Shown piece by piece: positions 1-9,584 of a stretch of DNA of 64,000 nucleotides. The stretch lies in assembly GCA_963718555.1 (NCBI GenBank), contig OY970361.1, positions 212,059-276,058 on the forward strand, given 5' to 3'. The stretch is from an uncultured Methanoregulaceae archaeon (GTDB lineage Archaea > Halobacteriota > Methanomicrobia > Methanomicrobiales > Methanospirillaceae). The notes under the pieces were generated by a model that was not told the origin of the DNA, ran no database searches, and worked only from the letters and a program-made list of their open reading frames with translations. Both the position numbers and the translations under genes were made by a program. How positions within the stretch are numbered: the stretch's first letter is position 1; each line of letters starts with the position of its first letter.

Positions 1-622
1 CCCTGGCAAATTTTTCATTGATCTCTTTCAGGCGCTGTTCGTCGGCCTGGATCTTCGCTTCGAGTTTCTGGATCGCTGCGAGATCCTCCGCGGGTACTTC
101 GCGCCCCGGGTGGTACACCCCGCATGAATTTTTCAGAACGCAGACCAGGTTCCTGTCCACGTCAATGCTCTTCCGGAGCGCTGCATATTCCTCGATGAGC
201 CCGGTATCCAGGCCGGCATCCTTTGCCACCAGCGTCTCCATCTTCACATCTGCCCTCCGCTCAAAGACGCGTCTGATCGCATCGAGGAGCTGCGAGGGGT
301 TGACCGGTTTTGAGACAAAATCCTCGATATTAAGACAGTGCTGCTCCGCTTCTTCCGGCGTGATCTTCTTTGCCGAGAACATGAGCACCGGGAGGTCTTG
401 GGTCTCAGGGTTTGCCTTGATGCGGTCGAGGGTCTCCCACCCGTCCATGGGCTCCATCATAATGTCGAGAAGGATCAGGTCGGGTTTTGTCGTAGCAAGG
501 AGGGCAATGGCTTCGTCCCCGCCGTGCGATGCGATAGGATTGAATCCCCTCCGTTTCAAGAGGGCTACCAGCCCGTCCACGATATAGGGGCTGTCATCCA
601 CAATCAGGATCGTATCGTCCAC
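1..622 (-). CDS. Response regulator receiver protein with helical C-terminal extension (3' end runs off window)
   Basis: Manual translation from GTG at 622: DTILIVDDSPYIVDG...PDLILLDIMMEPMDGWETL...VLMFSAK; paralog of the 755-1390 ORF. Confidence 0.85.
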   Translation of the reverse strand, partial: MDDTILIVDDSPYIVDGLVALLKRRGFNPIASHGGDEAIALLATTKPDLILLDIMMEPMDGWETLDRIKANPETQDLPVLMFSAKKITPEEAEQHCLNIEDFVSKPVNPSQLLDAIRRVFERRADVKMETLVAKDAGLDTGLIEEYAALRKSIDVDRNLVCVLKNSCGVYHPGREVPAEDLAAIQKLEAKIQADEQRLKEINEKFAR

Positions 623-754
623 GTTTCTATCCCCCGCAAATACCTGACGGGCAGATGCCCGGGACCAGGGCATACAGGTGTGGTTTTCCCCCCTGATGCC
701 GGATGGTCTGTGCCCGCATAATATTCAGACGTGTTCTGGAGTACACGATCGTCA

Positions 755-1390
755 TTATTTGGGTGACGGGGAACCGGACAGTTCCCCTTTGATCTGCTGA
801 AGGCGGTTTTCCTGGAACTTGATGTTCATCTCCATGCTCTTTATTGCACGGGAGATCTCGTCACTGACGCGGACTTTCGAGTCATTGAAATTATAGGTGG
901 TTTCAAGGATCTTCATCAGGCGCTTGTTCACGTCGATGCTCTTGCTCAGGCGGGCATATTCTGTGATGATCTCGCCGTCGAAGCCCGACTGCCTGGCCAT
1001 GTCCATGTCGGACTTGATCGACTGGCGGCGGGTGAGAACGTGCTCGATCGCATCGTAGAGCTCGCGGTGGGTGATGGGCTTTAAGACATAGTCCTCGATG
1101 TATATCCCGTACTCCTGTGCCTCCGCAGGCGTCAGCTGTTTCGCCGTGAGCATCAGAACCGGGATCTCTTTTGTGTCCGGGTTCTCCTTCACCCGTTCAA
1201 GGGTCTCCCAGCCGTCGACGGGTTCCATCATGATATCGAGCAGGATCAGATCCGGGGTGACTGTTTTTAATATCTCGAGGCATTCCTCTCCCCCGTACGC
1301 GGCAACAGTCCGGTACCCGCCCCGTTCCAGCATGGTGACGAATACATCAACAATAAACGGGCTGTCATCAACAACAAGGATCGTGTACAT
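755..1390 (-). CDS. Response regulator receiver protein with coiled-coil-like C-terminus
   Basis: ILVVDD, PDLILLDIMM (phospho-Asp), LTAK and KP receiver motifs. Confidence 0.9.
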   Translation of the reverse strand: MYTILVVDDSPFIVDVFVTMLERGGYRTVAAYGGEECLEILKTVTPDLILLDIMMEPVDGWETLERVKENPDTKEIPVLMLTAKQLTPAEAQEYGIYIEDYVLKPITHRELYDAIEHVLTRRQSIKSDMDMARQSGFDGEIITEYARLSKSIDVNKRLMKILETTYNFNDSKVRVSDEISRAIKSMEMNIKFQENRLQQIKGELSGSPSPK

Positions 1391-1749
1391 TACATTGCCT
1401 CCGCAATCTTCCGGGCAACCTGCAGCATCTCTGCATGCACTTTCTCAGGATCCGCTTTATCATTTACGATGGCGGCAATGAGGAAGTTTTCACCGGCCCC
1501 CATCACGATGATGGACGAATCCTGGGCACGGATGGTAACCGACATCATGGATTTCATCTTGATGATACTGCCGACAGATTCTGCAGATGCAAGTATTGTT
1601 GCAGAGAGGGCCCCGAACCAGGGTTCATTGAGCTCGCGGTCAAAATTTTTGCCGGCAATTATCCCGTCGCGGGATACAAGGGCACATGCTGCAACCCCGT
1701 CAATGGATCGAATCATTTCAATAAATGCAGAGATCTTCTCTTTCAACAT
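1390..1749 (-). CDS. Roadblock/LC7 (MglB-like) domain protein
   Basis: 119 aa; GVAACALVSRDG...ALSATILASAE pattern typical of the Roadblock fold. Confidence 0.8.
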   Translation of the reverse strand: MLKEKISAFIEMIRSIDGVAACALVSRDGIIAGKNFDRELNEPWFGALSATILASAESVGSIIKMKSMMSVTIRAQDSSIIVMGAGENFLIAAIVNDKADPEKVHAEMLQVARKIAEAM

Positions 1750-2121
1750 GCTGCTGCTCCTGCTGCACTACCCTGTGTAATTCATAATACCTGATGGAAC
1801 CATAAATACATATTGTTTTTTGTCTATCTTCAATCTCGCAGTTTCTGCAAAATCTCCAAGCATGCATATACTTCGTGAAATTTCACCGCCCTGTTTTACC
1901 CGATGTACCCGGCAAGCATGGTAGGGAGCCGGTATGTTCCGGCTGTGGCGAAAAACGCCCTTCGATCATCCCCTTGCGGGCCCGGTCCGGGAAAAACCCT
2001 GCCACAGATCATCCGCACGCCATCACAAAAACGTTCCTGCGCCCGGATTAATCCGGACAGGGAATGGGGATTCCATATGTATAAATACCTTTTTCCCCAA
2101 CCGGAGGAAATAAGAAATCTG

Positions 2122-2901
2122 ATGATCCGGGCCTATACCATCACTTCAGGAAAAGGGGGCGTCGGGAAGACTACGCTCACGGTAAACCTGGGCATTTCCC
2201 TTGCCCTTCTCAACCGCGAGACCTATATCCTTGACGCGGACATCGGCATGGCCAACATGGCCCTCATCCTTGGCATGGACGATGTGCCGGTAACCCTCCA
2301 CGAAGTGCTTGCGGGAAAAGCGGATATTGAGGATTCGATCTACGAAGGCCCGGCCGGTGTGAAGGTGGTACCAAGCGGGATCTCGCTGCAGGGATTCCAG
2401 CAGGCAGACCCGGACAAGCTGCGGGACGTGATGCACAAGCTCGTGGACCGCTGCGAGTTCCTCCTGATCGATGCACCCAGCGGGATCTCCAAGGAAGGTG
2501 TCGTACCGCTCTCGGTCGCCGACCAGGTGATCCTCGTGGTCAACCCGGAACTCGCCTCGATGGCCGATGCCCTCAAGACCAAGATCCTCTGCGAAGTCAT
2601 GGGGGGGAAGGTATACGGGGCGATCCTCAACCGGGCCGGCCAGGAGCATACCGAGCTCCGTTCCCGGAGTGTCGAGGACGTGCTCGGTGTCAGGGTGATC
2701 GATGTCGTGCCAGAGGACGCAAATGTGCGGAGGGCGGCGGCCTACAAGTCCCCCTGCGTGCTGAAGTATCCCCATACCCCCTCAACCCGGGCATTCAAGC
2801 GGATCGCGGCCCAGATGTCGGGCGTGGAGTTCGAGGAAGAGAATGACGAGGCCCGGCAGGATGGGTTCGTCGACCGCCTCGCGCGGGCAGTGTTCAGGTA
2901 A
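2122..2901 (+). CDS. minD: MinD/ParA-family ATPase (archaeal MinD)
   Basis: Deviant Walker A SGKGGVGKTT, DADIGMANM, LIDAP, C-terminal amphipathic FVDRLARAVFR. Confidence 0.9.
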   Translation: MIRAYTITSGKGGVGKTTLTVNLGISLALLNRETYILDADIGMANMALILGMDDVPVTLHEVLAGKADIEDSIYEGPAGVKVVPSGISLQGFQQADPDKLRDVMHKLVDRCEFLLIDAPSGISKEGVVPLSVADQVILVVNPELASMADALKTKILCEVMGGKVYGAILNRAGQEHTELRSRSVEDVLGVRVIDVVPEDANVRRAAAYKSPCVLKYPHTPSTRAFKRIAAQMSGVEFEEENDEARQDGFVDRLARAVFR

Positions 2902-2920
2902 AACATTTTCGGAGTGGTCA

Positions 2921-3118
2921 ATGGCATACGAAGGTTACATGCTGGTGTTGTTCGGCGGCGTTATTGTAGTCCAGCAGTTCATCATTTACCTGATGTACGT
3001 GCGGATCCGACAACTGCTCGACGAGGTCGACTCGATCGAAGGGAAGATCCGGATCACGGACACGGAACTCGAGAACCTTATTACGAGGGTCGAGGAGTTC
3101 AAGCGCGGGAATATCTGA
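2921..3118 (+). CDS. Small single-TM protein with coiled-coil tail
   Basis: 65 aa after GGAGTGG SD-like sequence; hydrophobic N-terminal helix then heptad-like segment. Confidence 0.65.
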   Translation: MAYEGYMLVLFGGVIVVQQFIIYLMYVRIRQLLDEVDSIEGKIRITDTELENLITRVEEFKRGNI

Positions 3119-3198
3119 AAGGAGGTGCATCTCCCTCCTGTTGTGCCGGCCCGCGTACGATAAGATACATAAGTGATATCGTCCAATAGTACGAGAAC

Positions 3199-3272
3199 GG
3201 GGCCATAGGGTAGCCTGGCCATCCTAGGAGACTGGGGGTCTTCTGACCTGAGTTCAAATCTCAGTGGCCCCA
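3199..3272 (+). tRNA. tRNA-Pro(GGG)
   Basis: Acceptor GGGGCCA/TGGCCCC, anticodon arm GGAGA-CTGGGGG-TCTTC, T-loop GTTCAAATC. Confidence 0.95.
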
Positions 3273-3305
3273 TGCAATGTTTGTTTTTTTCAGAGGCTGC
3301 TGGTT

Positions 3306-4166
3306 ATGAAGATCACGGAGACCTGCATCGACTGCCTTCTATCGCGTGTCAGTCTCGAATGTTCACTGTGCGGCGCAGATACCGATCTCGCGGAGAATAC
3401 TGCCCGGGCATGCCGGGATATGATCGAGGACCTCCGCGACCGGCCGCTCAGCCACCCGCAGATCGCGAGCCGGATCCACCGAACGGCATACGCTCTGCTC
3501 AATAACCCCGACCCGTTTGAAGGGCTCAAACAGTCCGGAAACGACCAGGCTGCAGATGTCTGCAGGCAGGTCCGCGGCCGGCTCCATACCTTCCGGGATT
3601 ATGTCCATGCGGCAGTGATTGCCAATATCTTCGATTACGGTGTCAGGGGCCATTCCGTCACCGACGATTTTCTCGCATTTTTCAATAGCGAGTTCGGGGA
3701 GGGGCTGTATCTCGATGACACGGAGAAGATCCTGCCGCTCTGCTCCCGTGTTGTGTACCTGAGCGACAACTGCGGTGAGATCGTATTCGACCGGTTGTTG
3801 ATCGGGTATCTCAAATCGCGGGGCTCCCGCGTGACCCTTGCCGTGAAGGAGACCCCGATCCTGAACGACGCCACGGTACAGGATGCGCTTGCCCTCGGGC
3901 TGGATGCCATGGTCGACCACCTCACGACAACCGGGGGAGGGCCCGCATCGGAGATCGGCGTCTGTATGGACCTGATACCGGAGGATCTCAGGCAGGCCAT
4001 CGGGGATTGCACGATCATCATCGCGAAAGGCATGGCAAACTTCGAGTCGCTCTCGGAGATGGAAAACCTTCCCCCGGTCGCCTACCTCCTTGCGGCAAAG
4101 TGCCGGCCCGTGGCCGGCGAGCTCGGTGTCCCGGTAGGCTCGAAAATTGCGAAGTTACGGATGTGA
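3306..4166 (+). CDS. DUF89/ARMT1-like damage-control phosphatase
   Basis: CxxC N-terminus, ANIFDYG, DNCGEIVFD, ILNDAT, KGMANFESL motifs. Confidence 0.88.
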   Translation: MKITETCIDCLLSRVSLECSLCGADTDLAENTARACRDMIEDLRDRPLSHPQIASRIHRTAYALLNNPDPFEGLKQSGNDQAADVCRQVRGRLHTFRDYVHAAVIANIFDYGVRGHSVTDDFLAFFNSEFGEGLYLDDTEKILPLCSRVVYLSDNCGEIVFDRLLIGYLKSRGSRVTLAVKETPILNDATVQDALALGLDAMVDHLTTTGGGPASEIGVCMDLIPEDLRQAIGDCTIIIAKGMANFESLSEMENLPPVAYLLAAKCRPVAGELGVPVGSKIAKLRM

Positions 4167-4369
4167 CTGGCCTTTTTTCTTGTCTTCACCGGATGTCGCG
4201 GCATGCGGGGAGCAGGGCCTGCTGACAGGGCGGCGTCTCCCGCCGTTTCATGCATGCATCCCCGTACCTCCGCATGAAGTCCTGTTACCCTGACATCCCG
4301 GCCATAATTTTAATAAAAAGGCGGATATTTTCCATATCTTTTTATCAGCAGGCAATCGAACATTGATCC

Positions 4370-4828
4370 ATGGTACTTCTGGATGGAATGACCCTGGGCT
4401 GGTCCCTTATTATCCTCGGGGCACTGCTGCTCCTGGTAGAGGTGCACAGTCCGGGATTTTTCGCTGCGGTCCCTGCAACAATCCTGATCATCTTCGGCAT
4501 CCTGGTCCTCCTGGGACTCGATATCTTTTCGTACCCGTGGGGAGTCATCGTTGCAGTCGTTGTTGCCCTCGGCGCATCCGCTGTCACGATAACGATGTAC
4601 AGCAGGATGACCCCGGACAATGCGCCGACCACCCTCAGCCGCGACTCGCTCGTGGGCAAAGAGGGGCGTGCGACCCGGGAGATCGATCCCGATACCATCA
4701 GGGGCAAGGTTGCGATCGGCACGACCGAGTGGAGTGCCCGGTCCGCGGGTCCGAAGATACCGGCAGGTGCAAAGGTACGGGTTGTCAGTTCCCAGGGAGT
4801 CCATATCGTTGTTGAAGAGGTAGCGTGA
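4370..4828 (+). CDS. NfeD-family membrane protein
   Basis: Three TM helices plus OB-fold C-terminus (LVGKEG...GKV...EWSARS); upstream of an SPFH gene. Confidence 0.88.
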   Translation: MVLLDGMTLGWSLIILGALLLLVEVHSPGFFAAVPATILIIFGILVLLGLDIFSYPWGVIVAVVVALGASAVTITMYSRMTPDNAPTTLSRDSLVGKEGRATREIDPDTIRGKVAIGTTEWSARSAGPKIPAGAKVRVVSSQGVHIVVEEVA

Positions 4829-4829
4829 C

Positions 4830-5930
4830 ATGGATTTATTTGTGGTATTCATCGTTCTCATCCTGATCTTCGTAATTTTTTTTATTGCATCGAAGTGCCT
4901 CGTGGTTGTTGAACCGTACGAGCAGGGGCTGCAGATCCGGCTCGGGCAGTATGTCGGGAGGATGAACCCCGGCCTCCGGGTGATCATACCGTTCCTGACG
5001 GATGTGATCAAACTGGACCTCCGCACCACGGTCATGGAGATTCCCAAGCAGGAAGTGATCACCAAGGACAATTCCCCGACCAATGTCGATGCGATCGTCT
5101 ACATCAAGGTGATCGACCCGGAGAAGGCCTATTTCGAGGTCTCCAATTACCGGATGGCGACCATCGCCCTTGCCCAGACGACCCTGCGCGGCATCATCGG
5201 GGACATGGAGCTCGACGAGGTGCTCTACAACCGTGAGCGGATCAACACGAAGCTCCGGGACATCCTCGACCACGAGACCGATCAGTGGGGTGTCAAGGTC
5301 GAGCGCGTGGAGATCAAGGAGGTCGACCCGGTGGAGGCGGTCAAGAACGCAATGACCGAGCAGACGGCGGCCGAGCGTGCCCGGCGGGCCGCGATCCTCC
5401 GGGCGGACGGGGAGAAACGCTCCGCGATCCTGAAGGCGGAGGGACTCCGCCAGAGCATGATCCTCGAGGCCGAAGGCGAGCGGCAGAGCAAGGTGCTCCG
5501 GGCGGAAGGAGAACGGCTCTCCCAGATCCTCCAGGCCCAGGGAGAGGCGCAGGGCCTCCGGATCCTCTCGGTCGGTGCCGCCCCGCTCGACAGGAAAGCG
5601 ATCACCGTCCTCTCCCTCGACGCCCTCAAGACCATGGCGGGCGGGCAGGCGACCAAGATCATCTTCCCGTTCGAGATCTCGCAGCTGATCCGGCAGGGCG
5701 CAAAGTTCCTCGGGGCAACGGATGAGACCGCGGAGGAGAAAGGCACCCGGCCGGTCATGGACGAAGGGATCCTCGGCGACATCCCCAAGCGCGAAGAAGT
5801 GGACGCGATCCTCAAGGAGATCCAGGACGCGGTCCCGAAAGTCTCGGAAGAAGAGCTCAAGGACACCAGCAAGAGGAAGGTGCCGGCCGAAGTGGACACT
5901 GCCGGCCCGAACCCCCCGGGCACACAATAA
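4830..5930 (+). CDS. SPFH/band 7 (stomatin-like) protein
   Basis: QEVITKDN, LAQTTLRGIIG, WGVKVERVEIK, AERARRA motifs. Confidence 0.93.
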   Translation: MDLFVVFIVLILIFVIFFIASKCLVVVEPYEQGLQIRLGQYVGRMNPGLRVIIPFLTDVIKLDLRTTVMEIPKQEVITKDNSPTNVDAIVYIKVIDPEKAYFEVSNYRMATIALAQTTLRGIIGDMELDEVLYNRERINTKLRDILDHETDQWGVKVERVEIKEVDPVEAVKNAMTEQTAAERARRAAILRADGEKRSAILKAEGLRQSMILEAEGERQSKVLRAEGERLSQILQAQGEAQGLRILSVGAAPLDRKAITVLSLDALKTMAGGQATKIIFPFEISQLIRQGAKFLGATDETAEEKGTRPVMDEGILGDIPKREEVDAILKEIQDAVPKVSEEELKDTSKRKVPAEVDTAGPNPPGTQ

Positions 5931-6073
5931 TCCCCCATCCTCTTTTTTTTCGCCGGTTTTCAGGTATTTCCCCATCCCGGAGACCACACCGTCACCGATC
6001 CAAAACTCATTATGCATCGTGCGCAATATCCGGAGTAAGGAATGGTGGAGACGTGAGGCCGGCAAAGGAATCG

Positions 6074-7116
6074 ATGGGAGAAACGGGAGTGCACACAATC
6101 GGTATCCTCACCGGGGGGGGCGACTGTCCCGGGCTGAACGCGGCGATCCGTGCGGTCGTCCTCGCAGGGCGACACTACGGGTTTACGGCAACCGGTATCC
6201 GCAACGGGTGGCTGGGACTGCTGGACGATGACGTGGTCCCCCTTTCGGCACCGGATGTCTCCGGCATCATCTCCCGGGGAGGGACTGTCCTCGGCACCTC
6301 GCGGACCGATCCCCTGAAGGACCCGGCCGGCCCGGAACGGATCCGGAACACCATGGAAAAGGCCGGCATCGGAGCCCTCGTGGTGATAGGGGGGAACGGC
6401 ACGCTCTCTGCCGCGTACGACCTGTCCGGGCACGGGATCCCCATCGTCGGCATACCAAAGACCATTGACAACGATGTCGCCGGGACGGACCGAACCTTCG
6501 GGTTCGATACTGCAGTGGCGATCATCACGGAGGCGATCGATCGGCTCCAGACCACGGCAGAGTCCCACCACCGGATCATGGTCGTTGAAGTGATGGGAAG
6601 GGACGCCGGCTGGATCGCGCTCGAGGCCGGCATCGCCGGTGGGGCGGACGAGATCCTCCTCCCGGAGATCCGGTTCTCCATGGACGATGTGTGCGCGAAC
6701 CTGAAGGCCCGGTATCAGGCCGGGAAACAATATTCGGTCGTAGTGGTGGCGGAAGGGACGCACCACGAGGATATCGCCGGGGTCACGGTGCCGGCGTGTG
6801 ACCGCGACGAGTGCGGCCACGAGAAGTTCGTTGGCGTCGGGAACCTGCTCGCCAGGGAACTCGAACGCAGGCTTGCGATCGAGACGCGGGTGACGGTCCC
6901 CGGCTATGTCCAACGCGGAGGTACCCGGCAGCTACCGACCGGGTGCTCGCGACCCGGTTCGGGGTCGCTGCAGCCGAACAGGTCCGGGCCGGCAACTTCG
7001 GGTGCATGGTCGCCCTGAAGGGTGACCGGATCGGGACGGTCCCCTTACAGGAAGTAGCATCCCGGATCAAAACGGTCGATCCGGCCGGTTACGCGCTTGC
7101 AAAAAAAGTCATGTAG
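6074..7116 (+). CDS. pfkA: 6-phosphofructokinase (PfkA family); 1-nt frameshift near 6924
   Basis: GGDCPGLN, IPKTIDND, EVMGRDAGWIA, GYVQRGG; C-terminus (TDRVLATRFG...) continues in another frame. Confidence 0.88.
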
Positions 7117-7152
7117 GGATCCGACGGACGGCTCCGCCTCTCCTGCACCGTC

Positions 7153-8454
7153 TCACATGTGGAGCAGCCGGGGAAGGAGGAAGATCGAGAGGATGACCAC
7201 CAGCATCGCGTAGCTGACAGCAGCGACCACGTATCCCGAATACCGGATCAGCCCCTTCCGGTCCAGGAGCCGGTCGACCCCCTCTTTCATGATGTATCCC
7301 CCGTCAAGGGGGACGAGCGGCAGGGCATTGAACGTCCCGACAACGAGGTTCCACCAGCCGCACCAGAAGAGGAGCTGGACCACAAGCCAGAAGTACGGGA
7401 ACGGTACATGCCACATCGCGGAGCCGGCCGTATCATTCATCAGGATCATGAATGAGCCCCACTGGGAGGGGTCGAGGATCACCCAGATCGGGACGGCGAG
7501 GAGGACGAGGAAACCGAGGGGGCTTGCGAGGTTACTAAAGACCTGTTTCAGCTGGCCGGCATCGTAGTACGACACGCCCATGAACCCGCTCGTCCTGTTG
7601 CCCAGCTCCGCCGGCCAGGCCCCGAGGGTCAGGGTACGCGTTTCGGTCGTCCCCCTGGTATCGATGAGGAGCGTCGCGGTATCCCCGGGGCGCGTAGTAT
7701 CGAGGACCCTCGCCACGTCGTCCCTGCTGGAGACGCTGATGCCATTCACTTCCCGGATCACCGAGTCGGGCGGGAGACCGGCTGCATAGGCAGGGGAGTC
7801 CAGGTAGACTCCTGTCACGAGCGGGGTGGCGAGCGGGGCAGCAAAACCGAGCAGGAAGATCAGAAGCAAAAAACAGCAGACCCCGAGAACGATATTGTTG
7901 GTGATGCCCGCCCCGAACATCCGCATCTTTGCCAGGCCTTTTGTCTTCTCCTGGTCTTCTTCATCCGGTTCGACAAAGGCGCCGATGGGGATGACCGGGA
8001 CGAGGACCCCCATGGCCCTGATGCGGATACCTTCGATCCTGCACAGGATCGCGTGCCCGAATTCATGGACCACCATGGTGACGATCAGCCCGATGAGGAC
8101 GGCAATCGTCAGGGGAATGAAATCATTCAGGCCGGGAATGGCTAAGACGTTGCGGAGTTCGTTGACCGCGGTGGGCGCGGGTTTCTGCACAATCGTGAAC
8201 TGGAGGGAGACGAAGAGCATCGCCGTCATCATCACAGAGACGACGACGACCATGGCCACGCCGATCGTTCCGTAGAACCGGAAGAAGGTCCGGTAGCGGG
8301 CGAACCAGTCAAAAAAACCGACCCGGTTCGTCTTGATCGCCATGATCGGGCCGTAGAAGGTGATGTGGTCCTCCCACAGTTTCCGGGTATGGAGGTAATA
8401 GGCAAGCACCGCGTAGCACGCGATGATTACGGGAAGGACAAGAAGCCAGTCCAT
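7153..8454 (-). CDS. Site-2 (M50) intramembrane metalloprotease with PDZ domain
   Basis: HEFGH zinc motif, GAFVEP, NALPLVPLDGG, central PDZ-like SPAYAAGL. Confidence 0.92.
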   Translation of the reverse strand: MDWLLVLPVIIACYAVLAYYLHTRKLWEDHITFYGPIMAIKTNRVGFFDWFARYRTFFRFYGTIGVAMVVVVSVMMTAMLFVSLQFTIVQKPAPTAVNELRNVLAIPGLNDFIPLTIAVLIGLIVTMVVHEFGHAILCRIEGIRIRAMGVLVPVIPIGAFVEPDEEDQEKTKGLAKMRMFGAGITNNIVLGVCCFLLLIFLLGFAAPLATPLVTGVYLDSPAYAAGLPPDSVIREVNGISVSSRDDVARVLDTTRPGDTATLLIDTRGTTETRTLTLGAWPAELGNRTSGFMGVSYYDAGQLKQVFSNLASPLGFLVLLAVPIWVILDPSQWGSFMILMNDTAGSAMWHVPFPYFWLVVQLLFWCGWWNLVVGTFNALPLVPLDGGYIMKEGVDRLLDRKGLIRYSGYVVAAVSYAMLVVILSIFLLPRLLHM

Positions 8455-8518
8455 TAACAATTATGGCATTTTTATAAAGATAAAGCACGCCGTCCGGGGA
8501 TGCCGAACGTTATCAGAA

Positions 8519-8749
8519 TCTCGAAGGTCATCAGACCTGAGAGAGGAGAAGACCGAAGGTCTTCGACTTGAGAGAGGAGAAGAATGCGTTGGTTTTCTTC
8601 GATCTGCTGAGGGTCATCAGACCCGAAGCTGGAGAAGAGCCATCAGGCTCTTCGACCAGATCGAATTCGAAGAACCCTTGCGGGTTCTTCTCACGGTTCG
8701 GGTCTGATGACCCTCACCGTTTCGTAGATTTCCCTGAGGAAATCTTCTC
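8519..8749. repeat. Cluster of eight GA-flanked hairpin modules (five on +, three on -), REP/BIME-like
   Basis: e.g. TCTC-GA-AGGTC-ATCA-GACCT-GA-GAGA (8519-8544), GA-GAAGACC-GAA-GGTCTTC-GA (8546-8566), GCT-GA-GGGTC-ATCA-GACCC-GA-AGC (8606-8629), GA-GAAGAGCC-ATCA-GGCTCTTC-GA (8632-8655); inverted copies at 8667-8692, 8693-8720, 8722-8749. Confidence 0.85.
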
Positions 8750-8779
8750 TTCCTCGACATTCGGATGAAGATCTCGGAT

Positions 8780-9418
8780 TCAAAAATCCATCAGGCGGCT
8801 TTGCGATTTTTCCGCCAGGATCACGCCTACCGTTTTCCAGCTCTTCCTTGCGATGGGAGGAGGGGTATTGTGCTCGTTGATCCAGGCGGTCAGGAACCGG
8901 ATGGTGACCGGGTCAGAGGGGTACCCGCTGCCGATCTCCCCGTATTTTTTCGAGAGGGTGGCAATTGCCCGGTCCCGTGTCACCTTGGCGATGATGCTTG
9001 CAGCAGAGACCACCGGGAACTTTTCATCGGCATGGTGCTCCGAGACGATCTCGCATGCCAGGTCGAGGCTGTTTTTCACCATCTCGGCATAGCGGAAGCA
9101 GTTGACATCACAGGCGTCCACATAGGCACGGGACGGGGAGAGTCTGTTGATCGCCCGGGCATGGGCCCTTGCCACTGCGGAATTCAGGGTCATCTGGGTA
9201 CGGACCAGATCGATCTCCCGGGCGTCGAGCCGGACCGTGACAACTCTGCATCGTTTCCGGATCAGCAGGCTCAGCCGCTCTCGCTCTTTCCCGGAAAGGA
9301 TCTTCGAGTCCTTTACCCCGAGATCATCGAGATCACTCTCCGAATGGACTGCTACCGCTGCAACCACCAGCGGGCCCAGCACCGAACCTTTTCCTGCCTC
9401 GTCAACCCCGCAGATCAC
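8780..9418 (-). CDS. rnhB: Ribonuclease HII
   Basis: GVDEAGKGSVLGPL, VKDSK, VSAASIIAKV, GSGYPSD. Confidence 0.96.
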   Translation of the reverse strand: MICGVDEAGKGSVLGPLVVAAVAVHSESDLDDLGVKDSKILSGKERERLSLLIRKRCRVVTVRLDAREIDLVRTQMTLNSAVARAHARAINRLSPSRAYVDACDVNCFRYAEMVKNSLDLACEIVSEHHADEKFPVVSAASIIAKVTRDRAIATLSKKYGEIGSGYPSDPVTIRFLTAWINEHNTPPPIARKSWKTVGVILAEKSQSRLMDF

Positions 9419-9584
9419 ATGAAATGGTTGATGCGCAAATTATTTCAATGGCGATGATGGGCGGGAAACGGATCATCCCGGGCGGCAATGCGAAGATTCA
9501 GCCCGGCAATATCTTCACGGTATTCACAAAGAAAGAGAACAAGGACAACTGCCCTGCTGCTCCTCAACGAGCAGCTCCAAAAAA

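Noticed and set aside
8693-8749. Hammerhead ribozyme or C/D box sRNA (CTGATGA present)
   Set aside because: CTGATGA is simply the reverse complement of the ATCA hairpin loop region; I could not build the three-stem hammerhead core or a C/D guide layout
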